This document shows, piece by piece, positions 10,972-21,700 of a stretch of 64,000 nt of DNA. Origin of the DNA: Lingula anatina (taxonomy: Eukaryota; Animalia; Brachiopoda). The notes under the pieces were generated by a model. It was not told where the DNA came from, did no database searches, and saw nothing but the letters and a program-made list of their open reading frames with translations. Position numbers and translations under genes: made by a program. The stretch is taken from positions 12,892,587 through 12,956,586 of the forward strand of contig CM120648.1 in NCBI GenBank assembly GCA_051362555.1. The letters run 5' to 3'. The first letter of the stretch is position 1. Each line of letters starts with the position of its first letter.

Positions 10972-13900
10972 TAAGATCTAATAAACCAACTGGTATATTT
11001 GATTTTAGATATACCTGGCTGTTGTTTTTTGAAATGAATCATTTGTTGGTAGTTATTTCCGAACTGTAAGGTTATAATACGATTTTTAACTAAAATTAAG
11101 ACTAAAATTTACTGACCAACGGTGGACAAACGAAAGACCTCCAGTACGGTTGCTTCTGTGAATGGCATCCTGTCCTTGTCCTCCATCTTGGCAACACGAC
11201 CTTGACCTATTACCTTAAGTTAAACACATTAAATCTTATCGATCTCTAAATAAATATTATTTTTTATAAAAAAAAAAAAAACTCATTCATTTTGGAACAC
11301 GTTATTTTTACAAGCATAAAACCGTTGCAACACAATAAAAATACATGTAAAAAGCCAACTTCTAAACTAGTAATATACCCGTCTCATGTGCTCAGTTTTA
11401 TGACGTTACCTGATCAATTTCCTGTTGCACCCTCTTCTGAGCGTCCGGATGATTTACCATATGAACCAGGGACCATCTCAAAGTATTAGCTGTTGTGTCA
11501 GTTCCAGCCAAATAGAGATCAACGATGATGCGGAATACGTTCCATTCTGAAATGTAAGCCCATTGCATGACTGAAAGTGTTTCATATTCATTTTTACAAC
11601 TACCTCGGTGAAACCACATTCTTGCCTGTTTGCACGTTTGTACATGTACCGGTATATCGGCAGCCCATCAGTACAAGTTTACACGATATATAGATTAGTT
11701 AGCATTCGATACTGCTGGTCTAAATGTTTCAAAGACAAATAATAATCCCGTATTCACATTTCATCAATGCAAGGTTAAATATTTATGTGAACGGGTCCTT
11801 TAAGAGTAATATACATATGCTGTACCTGTGTAGACCTCGGGATCTTCCTCCTCTTGTGTGACCTTAATGAAGAGGTCAATGAAGTCCCGGATGTCAGTTG
11901 GATCAAAGGACTGGCGGTGTTTTTCGACTTCTTGTCGTATCAAACTATATAGCTTGTCCACAAGGGCGATCATCTTCTTCATCTGAAAAAAGTTATTAAA
12001 ACTGATACTTTATGGCATACCACCGGGAAAACGCACACGTGCATCTGACACTTTTTATCTGTATATTGCTAAAATTGCGAGTGGAATAATTTGATCATTT
12101 AGTAAGTACTAGTAAACTGATAATTATAAAATATAACACGACGAACAAATAGAAAATACAGTATTTGGAAATAGATACTACGAAAAAGCCGTTGGAGAAT
12201 GTACAAATGTAGGCAGTCTGAAAAAAAAAAAAAAGAAACGGGTGATCTAATAATGGTAATAAAATTTAAAAGAAATTACCGGCATTATGAACCGTGCCAA
12301 GTTGGTAAGGAAGAGTGGCCCTTCGCCAAGTCGCAGTACCTCCTCTAGAACTGGCAGCATTTCTGGGGTGTCATGATAGTCATATCTGAAAGTCATTTGA
12401 AAATAAAATAAAAATGCTACATTTTTACTAAAATGCTTAATGGTGCTTAATAAGATATCCGTACGCGGTATTTTGGAAAAATCTATTTCATGAATGCAAT
12501 GGCTAACAGCGACTAAATGTAAATTCGTCGAATTTTTACGAGTAGCCCCTTAATTCCCATCAATTAATTTCATGACATGTACAAAAAGTTATGGGTACAG
12601 TGGTTTACGATTACCTTGTTCCAAATACAACGATAGACATAATATTGCTGACAGCTTTTCCGATCCTGTCCCTGGGAGAGAAAGCCTTTCCATTTTCATT
12701 TTCAATGTTTTGCATTAAGTACCTTGCCTCATCCTGAATTCTCTCTTGTAAACTTTTTCTCCCCAGGCCGAGATCTCGAAGAGACGAGAGCGTGAATCTC
12801 CTTAGTTCCTTCCATGCGTGCCCGGTTTTAAAAATAACTCCAGCTCCTGCAGTTTAATTATTGTGTTAAAAGACGAATAGTTATATACCTCCTACAGTAA
12901 GTTTCTAAATATCTTTACTTCCAAATACATGTACAAAAGTCTTTACTACATGAATGTACGTCTTTTCTTTAAAGACCCGCCTAAAATACCATAACTGTGT
13001 CTTTTCCCCTGCCTTCAACTTATCCCAGCGCTAAAGCGGTTACCTCTAATGCTTTCTAACAGTAATGGCGTACACAAAGATAGCAAAATAATTAGCAAAA
13101 TTATTGAAGCCTCTAGTCGGAAAAACAAAATACCATATACAGAACTCACACCACCTCGTTAAGCTGCTGAAAGGTATAACGATGACACACTTGTATCCTT
13201 TGATGTTTCCGCTTTGTTCACCAGCGTCCCGTGTGATGAAGTAGTAGGAATGTGTGTGAACAGATGCCAAAAAGACAACACCTGGGCAAGTAGAACAGCA
13301 GTAACACCTGAAGACATGGGCGAACTACTAGCTATGACCTTAGACACCACCTAAAACAAGGGGAAAAAAGAGGCAAGAACAGACATGACAAAGGAAAGGA
13401 TGCAATGGGCCCCACTGGGGATGAAAAGCAAAGCATAGTATTACCATATTGCAAAGGTCTGTCTGAAAAACTTACTCGGATTTACAAGAAATATAACATC
13501 AAACTCCACCATAAGCCAGGTTGGACGCCGACACAAGCACTAGTAAAACCCAAGGATCCTCTCACCCAAGGAGAGCAATGTGGTGTGATTTACTCGGTCA
13601 AATGTGGAACCTGCCAAGGAGAATACATTGGCGGACAGGAAGACCATTAGCCACAAGAATGAAAGAACACAAAGACTCAGTGGCCAAAAACAACTGGAAA
13701 TCAGCCCTTGGAGAACATACCTTCAAACATTCAGGTCACCACATTGATTTTGACAGCCTGAAAGTAATAGACAGGGAAAACTGGACATTCCAAAGAAAAA
13801 TAGCAGAAGCTGTACACATCAAGACCAAACAACCAGACCTGAACAGACAGGGGAGGTATGATTTACCAGCTATCTACCTCACGGTGCTTCAGAGGGATGC

Positions 13901-16337
13901 AGAGGAGCCCCGGAGGGAAGATGTAACAGTTACAACACAAGGCCAGTGATTAGGGGCACTTGACCTGGATTTTCATTCCAGGTGAAATGACCCTAGTCAT
14001 TTACTCCCTGATGATGGTGACTGACAGTCACAGAAATATTGGAGGTAAAACCTACATATTTTATAAGCTCTTGATAAAAAAGAAAAACAATAATTTAAAC
14101 AAAAATGGTACAATCAAAGTTCAGTTCATTGTAAAAAGCAGGTCAAAGGTCAATTTCAAGGTCACACTTAGATTGCCAGTATATGACTTCCTATTCAAGT
14201 TCAATAGTAACTATGGACCTATCTCTGCCAGTTTTGGAGATAAAAGGGAACGAAAATTTGCAAAGTTCAGTTCATGGTGAAAAGTAGGTCAAAGGTCAAT
14301 TTCAAGGTCACAGTAAATTGCCTCTTATGACTTTCCATTCAAATTCAATAGTAACTATGGGCGTATCTTTGCCAGTTTTGGAGATAAAAGGGAATGAAAA
14401 TTTGAAAAGTTCAGTTCATGGTAAAAAGTAGGTCAAAGGTCAATTTCAAGGTCACATTTAGATTGCCAGGATATGACTTCCTATTCAAGTTCAATAGTAA
14501 CTATGGGCGTATCTTTGCCAGTTTTGAAGATAAAAGGGAACGAAAATTTGCAAAGTTCAGTTCATGGTAAAAAGTAGGTCAAAGGTCAATTTTGAGGTCA
14601 CAGTAAATTGCCTCTTATGACTTTCCATTCAAATTCAATAGTAACTATGGGCGTATCTTTGCCAATTTTGGAGAAAAAAAGGGAAGCAAAATTTGCAAAA
14701 TTCAATTCATGATGAAAAGTAGGTCAAAGGTCAATTTTGAGGTCACAGTAAATTGCCAGTATATCACTTCCTATTCAAGTTCAATAGTAACTATGGGCGT
14801 ATCTTTGCCAGTTTTGGAGATAAAAGGGAATGAAAATTTGCAAAGTTCAATTCATGATGAAAAGTAAGTCAAAGGTCAATTTCAAGGTCACATTTTGATT
14901 GCCAGTATATGACTTCAATAGTAACTATGGACCTATCTCTTCCAGTTTTGGAGATATAAGGGACTTAATGTTACAATTTTGGAGTTACAATTATGTGCCA
15001 TAAATTTCCTACAGAAAAAAATAATTAAAATAAAGAAAAGGTCATTTTGGTTAAAATTCTTGAAATTAGAGGTGCTCAGAAGTTCCAGATGTTCAAATTT
15101 CATGAAATAATGTCATTTTTGACCAGAAATTGTCTGCCTCGCCAAGCCTTATGTTTTATTTCCTGGGGTTCAAAATTTATTATACATTACCGTACTGCAC
15201 ATTTTGCTTTCACCACCACAATGTACTTTTTGATACAGCATAACTCGAAAACCGTATGGAATACAAAAAAACGGAGGCCACTTTCAGTGTTGGGCTTTAC
15301 ATGCTCTACAAAATGCAAAAAGAGAATGGGTCTCTAGCATTAACGGTTCCCGAATTAGAGACAGTTTTCAGTTTCGGTTTCTTATGGCCGCTACTCCTGT
15401 CAAAATGCACCGATTGACCCCAAATTCACGGAGATGAAAGATGACACGAAGGGTAACACTTTCCAATAATATTATTGGTTAAGTCTGTGTAGTTTCTGAA
15501 TATCAGTGCAAATATTTTTTTTTTTTCGTAAAAAAATTCTTTTTTTTTTTTGAAAATTTTGGCCCATTTGACCTTGAAATAAAGGTCAAAGGTCAAATCC
15601 AAGGGCATATTTGAAATCTCCACATATGATTTTCGGTCAGCCGTCAGTAGAAATTTTTCCCATAATTCCTTCCGTAGGGTAGATAATTAGCATTTTAATT
15701 TTGCCATTTTTGGACAAGGGTGCATTGCAATGAGTGCCACACCTAGACCCCAGCACCGACGAAGCCCAAATTTTACGTGGAACGAGTTGAGATTATAGGT
15801 GACCTGAATCCAAGAGATGGGTACGCAGGCCCTTATAGTCTAGGAGGAGAAGCGGTAACGATGACATGGCGGCGGAGCCGGCGGGTCGGGACTAAAACCA
15901 TGTGTACCGCCAGCGCCTACGCTGATGGTACAATTAAAAAACTCGAATTTACCGTCTTTTCCAACTATTTCCCTTATGAAATATATCCAAGTAGGCCTAG
16001 AGCTGACAGTATCTGCGTTCTTCACGAAAGCCTCCTGAATCAGCTCATAAGTCCCCAGCATTATCATGTGCTGTTCACCAAATTTAACGTGCATGATATC
16101 TCCGTATGTATCATACCATGGAAGAAGATCCGTAGGTTGTCTTCTCCTACTGCTGATCATCATCTGTGGGAGACATCCCACCACGGGGAAACAGACAGGT
16201 CCGGGCGGCCAGTTCACCCGAGGATTCCTCGACGACAGCATCCACAGACTTAACAACAACACTGCTACGAATATCAAAACAGTCGGCTGAGCAGCAGTTG
16301 AGAAAAACTCCATAATACCCCGTACGGCGTTAGCCAT
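6192..16337 (-). CDS. Cytochrome P450, clan 2 (CYP2-like), copy 2; 8 exons, 500 aa, intact
   Basis: Exons 15953-16337, 12615-12846, 12280-12385, 11826-11982, 11410-11546, 11117-11213, 6784-6990, 6192-6373; same exon sizes (385/232/106/157/137/97/207/182) and motifs as copy 1; heme FSMGPRICLG. Confidence 0.94.
7115..10806. mobile_element. Non-autonomous DNA transposon with TIRs of about 770 bp, probably Academ superfamily
   Basis: Ends TAGTAGGCTTGTTAAG...CTTAACAAGCCTACTA; 3-bp TSD ATA (7112-7114, 10807-10809), confirmed by the empty site ctgcATActaaag in copy 1. TIRs about 7115-7888 and 10026-10806 carry internal subrepeats of about 350 bp. No intact ORF. TAG..CTA ends with a 3-bp TSD fit Academ. 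Confidence 0.75.
13083..14090 (+). mobile_element. Penelope-like retroelement fragment (RT remnant, GIY-YIG endonuclease, pseudo-LTR); internally deleted and frameshifted
   Basis: RT motif DTLVSFDVSALFTSVP near 13182; linker LPYCKGLSEKL; GVIYSVKC..C...YIG / TGRPLATRMKEH...SALGEH...RKIAEAVHI...LNR at 13405-13949. Confidence 0.88.
14003..14045 (+). ncRNA. Minimal type I hammerhead ribozyme motif in the PLE pseudo-LTR
   Basis: CTCC-CTGATGA-TG-GTGACT(GAC)AGTCAC-A-GAA-ATAT-T-GGAG: stem I CTCC/GGAG, conserved core, 6-bp stem II, palindromic mini stem III. Confidence 0.7.
14097..15934. mobile_element. Satellite-carrying non-autonomous element (Helentron/HINE-like) with six tandem units of about 145 bp at about 14115-14965
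   Basis: Units recur at 14140, 14286, 14430, 14576, 14721, 14866; 3' GC-rich simple tract followed by hairpin gtaccgccagcg-ccta-cgctgatggtac. Family assignment is inferred from architecture. Confidence 0.55.
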
Positions 16338-17655
16338 TTTGAGCTTAGTTTGCTGATGACGCAAGATATTTCGAGTTACAATTTCTTACCAGCGCAATGT
16401 GAGAATCAGAATGACGGTAGTGATATATATATATAGCGGTATAACCCCTGAAAGTCAACACGGCTCAAGGTCAATTCATCCACCATTTAACCCGATAGTA
16501 GCGCCAGCGTGTGCACGTGCACATATTTTTATGATCATAGCAAACCTCAAAGGGGTTGCACTGAAAGTCTAAACAAAACAGTTTGTGTACAGGGTCGGTG
16601 CCCCCCCCCCCCCCACCAGTCTCCCCTTCTTTGCAATTACATATACCATAGTTGTGCTGTGTCGTTGAGTCATTTCGCGGTACCTTAACCCCATCTCAGT
16701 CCCTTATCACGGTAGGGTAGCGAGGAAAATGAGCAAATAAGCGGAGAGATCCCAGGCGACTGCTCCTCACCCGTACAACCCATCTTGCTTGGCTTAAGAG
16801 AGAAGGGGACTCTTCCCCACCCATACAGCACACCTTGCTTTGTGTGGTAGGTACGGCATAATTAAAGGGAATAATAGTGGCAAAGTTTTTCAGGCCTTCA
16901 CTACTGTCAGTGGGAGAAAACACGTATATAAACATTCAACCAGAAACCTAGCTGTGTCATGTCTGTCTGCAGTTAAAAGTCAAAAACTGGGTCGATGTAT
17001 TAAAAGGTACTGTAGCACTCAAACGTGTGAGGAAAATTACCCATACAAGGACGTCCAAACGCAAAGGGTGCGTTCGGTCTTCGTTGTATACATCCTTCCA
17101 TACGCGGGGGAGATGAAATGTTTTGATAAGCTTCAAAAACAAACTCATGCGCTGTTTATAGCTATACGTTTATTCTCATACGCTGAAAAAAGCGTATAAT
17201 CAGTTTTACATACGATACTCATACGTATATACACTGTATACCTCTGTACACTGGTTGGCATGAGCACTATTACTTGTAACGTGTACAGTTCTTGGAGCAA
17301 TCAAACTTTCCCCGCCTTATTAGAAGAATAATCCTTTCAGGCTTATTGCAGAAAAGGATCTTCATCTGCCTCAATGCACGTAACTACGGTTTTCAAAGCA
17401 CCAATCTATCAATTTATACTTTAAACACTCAAACAACTGCACGACGTTCTTTAAAGCGATACATTAAAAACGTTTTTGGCCACGAGGAAAAGCACGGAAA
17501 CCATTTCGAGACTAAGCGAAGTATTTTAGTTTAGATACCGTCAGTCTGACAGTCACGTGTCAGACTCGGATTATCTGATGTATTTATACAGATACTGTTG
17601 TCCATATACAAGTAGTAACCGGTACATTCATAGTAAGGGACAGTGTATCTCCGTT

Positions 17656-18667
17656 CTAGCGTCTAACAGCGCACACGTTGTAGGGGTATGGCGTGAAAGT
17701 GAACGTGTTGAGGCCTTCCACTCCATCGGGTGGTTTTTCGCCTTCTGTTACCTTGAAGGTAAAATTCTGAAGCAACGTCGTGAAGAAAATGAACGATTCC
17801 ATTTCCGCCAGTCCCTTGCCCAGGCAAATACGGGGTCCTGAAATAAATAAATAAATAAATGAATGAATAAAGCAGGAGCATTTAAAATGAATTGAAAAAT
17901 AAAAATGAAATAAATAATATAGATCTTTAGTACTTTTATGTAAATCCATCCTTGGTTTACTTAGTCCGAATATGGCCTGATCTGAATCGAACTAAGGACC
18001 TTCTACTACAGTGAGTTTAATTTTGTCATTTTAATAGCTGTGGTTTGCGTAATAGAGTCGGTTGAGGTATGATGTTTACATTCACAATATATATAAGACA
18101 TTTATTTTAACAACATGTTGATGCATAAGTGCAATTATAATCATAATTATTACTATTATTATTATTTGTCTTTTTAACTTATGAAATATAATGGATTAAA
18201 GAATAGAACACATGTACTGTAGCATACCCATAGAAAATGGTATCAGTTTGTCCGACTTGACCACTTTACCGTCGACATCCAGCCATCTTTCTGGTTTGAA
18301 CTTGTAAGGATCTTCGAAGTTATTCTCATCGTGGAGAACCCGGTACAAATCTCCCAGTATCACCGTTCCCTTGGGAATGGTGTATCCTGCCAAGTTGGTT
18401 GTTTCACTGGTGGCATGGGGCACTCCAAGAGGGACTGATGACATGGAAGAGAAAAAAGAATAAAAATATATATTAGATTAAATGATTTATTTGAATATAG
18501 GGATGTTAGTAAAGAAAGTGAAGGAAAAAAGAGTGTTCTTAAAACGAGAGTCTGCATACATGTGCTGAAGTATGTACATGTATATCATGTGACTGGAAAA
18601 CCACTATCAAAAACGTGACAGGAAATAGGACAAATTCGCGTCCTCTTTTCTTGAATTTCCATTTTAA

Positions 18668-18730
<63 letters not shown>

Positions 18731-21700
18731 AAAAGAAAAAAAGAACAGCAACTTTTTTTGCCCCGACCGGTTTCTTTCTTTCTTCAGGGGGTATAAGTGT
18801 GGTATATCAGGGGGTATATCAGATTAAAACTCAACCTGGAAAAGGAAATTTCAATAAAGAACAATGGAAAACTCTAAATATACTCAGAAATGACAATGAC
18901 ATAATCATCAAAGAAGCAGACAAAGGCAGTGCTGTAGTGATTATGGATACCGACACTTATACCCCCAGAAGAAAGAAAGAAACCGGTCGGGGCAAAAAAA
19001 GTTGCTGTTCTTTTTTTCTTTTTATTATATATAATATTACTCATACAGGAAAAACGTTTTTACTTTTAATATATATATATCCTAAGATCTAATAAACCAA
19101 CTGGTATATTTGATCTTAGATAGGCCTTTACCTGGCTGTTGTTGTTTGAAATAAATCATTTGTTGGTAGTTAATTTCCGATCTGTAAGGATATAATAGTA
19201 ATACGATTTTTAACTAAAATTAAGACTAAAATTTACTGACCAACGGTGGACAAACGAAAGACCTCCAGTACGGTTGCTTCCGTGAATGGCATCCTGGCCT
19301 TGTCCTCCATCTTGGCAACACGACCTTGACCTATGACCTTAAGTTAAACACATTAAATCTTATCGATCACTTAATTAATACTTTTTAAATAAAAAAACAC
19401 GTTCATTTTGGAACAAGCATAAAACCGTTGCAGCACAATCAAAATACATGTAAAAAGCCAACTTCTAAACTATTAATATACCAGTCTCACGTGCTCAGTT
19501 TTATGACGTTACCTGATCAATTTCCTGTTGCACCCTCTTCTGAGCGTCCGGATGATTTACCATATGAACCAGGGACCATCTCAAAGTATTAGCTGTTGTG
19601 TCGGTGCCAGCCAAATAGAGATCAACGATGATGCGAAATACGTTCCATTCTGAAATGTAAGCCCATTGCATGACTGAAAGTGTTTCATATATATTTTACA
19701 GCTACCTCGGTAAAACCACATACTGGCTGTTTGCACGTTTGTACATGAACCGGTATATATATGGATAGCCCATTATTGATCAGTACAAGTTACACGATCT
19801 ATAGATTAGTTAGCATTCGATACTTGCTGGACTAAATGTTTCAAAGACAAATAATAATCCCGTATTCACATTTCATCAATGCAAAGTTAGATTTTTACGT
19901 GAACAGATCCTTTTAGAGTAATATACATATACTATACCTGTGTAGACCTCGGGATCTTCCTCCTCCTGGGTAACCTTTATGAAGAGGTCAATGAAGTCCC
20001 GGATGTCTTTTGGATCAAAGGACTGGCGGTGTTTTTCGACTTCTTGTCGTATCAAACTATATAGCTTGTCCACAAGGGACATAATCTTCTTCATCTGAAA
20101 AAAAGTTATTAAAACTTATACTTTATGACATACTACCCGGAATACGCACACGAGCATCTGACACTTATTATCTGCAAATTGCTCAAATTGCGAATGGAAT
20201 AATTTGATCATTTAGTAAGTACTAGTAGATTGATAATTATAAAATATGACACGATGAACAAATAGAAAATATTTGGAAATAAATACTATGAAAAAAGCCG
20301 TTGGAGAATGTACAAATGTAGGCAGGCTGAAAAAAAGAAACGGATGATAGAATAATGGTAATAAAATTTAAAAGAAATTACCGGCATGATGAACCGTGCC
20401 AAGTTGGTAAGGGAGAGTGGCCCTTCGCCAAGTCGCAGTGCCTCCTCTAAAACTGGCAGCATTTCTGGGGTGTCATTATAGTCATATCTGAATGTCATTT
20501 GAAAATAAAATAAAAATTCTACATTTTTACTAAAATGCTTTTAAAATGATGCTAAATAAGATATCCGTACGCGGTATTTTGGAAAAATCTATTTCATGAA
20601 TACGATGGCTGACAGCGACTATATGTAAATTCGTCGCATTTTTACGAGTAGACCCTTGATTCCCATTAAATAAATCTATGACATGTACAAAAAAGGTATG
20701 GGTACAGAGGTCTTCGATTACCTTGTTCCAAATACAACGATAGAAATAATGTTGCTGACAGCTTTTCCGATCCTGTCCCTGGGAGAGAAAGCCTTTCCAT
20801 TTTCATCTTCAATGTTTTGTACCAAGTATCGAGCCTCATCCTGAATTCTTTCTTGTAAACTTTTTCTTCCGAGGCCGAGATCTCGAAGAGACGAGAGCGT
20901 GAATCTCCTCAGTTCCTTCCATGCGTGCCCGGTTTTTAAAATGACTCCAGCTCCTGCAGTTTAATTATTGTGTTAAAAGACGTATAGTTATATACCTCCT
21001 ATAGTAAGTTTCTAAATATTCTTTAACCTTCCACATGTACAGAAGTCTTTACTAAGCCTTCATGTATGTACATCTTTTCATAACTGTCTTTTCCACTGCC
21101 TTCAACTTATCCCATCGCTACAGAAGTTACTTCTAATGCTTTCTAAAAGTAATAGCGTACACAAAGATACCAGAGGCTCAGAGAGAGAAAGAGAGAGAAA
21201 GAGTACTACATACATGTAGTCCATGTTTAAAGCTACTCTTACAACCGGTCATGCGTGCTTCTACGAGCGGTTTGCGTGCAAAAAAAGGCCAAGTAATAAG
21301 ATACACGCACGTGGAACGTCCTTTTTTTGGTGGACGCAAACACGACGCAAAGCACGCAGCCCGAAAACTGGCCGGCCAGTTTTTCGCTACGACCTGTCTG
21401 CGACAATTAAAACTCCTGGAGCACGCTCCTAGCACGCAAGACAAAAGTAAAGAGTACAGTGAATGATGAAGAGACTCGGTGCTCCATTTTATATCATTTT
21501 GATTATCCGTGCGTTCCACCTATTTGACGCACGAGAGTCGTGCTTACCACTTCCGTGCCCATTACATTTCTCTTACGTTTCTCCAAGGAGTTATAACAGA
21601 AGGAGATTACACGCGTGGGGGCGGAACCCGTATTACGGTCTCTCATTGGTCGAAATGAATAGAACCCAGAGAACAATGGGTTCCTATCTCTGTTACGCTT

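Noticed and set aside
13083-13949. Selenocysteine-recoded or intact PLE protein
   Set aside because: The disruptions are a large deletion and frameshifts, not in-frame TGA at conserved cysteine positions.
14115-14965. CRISPR-like array
   Set aside because: The units are full-length tandem repeats with no unique spacers; the context is eukaryotic and there are no cas genes.
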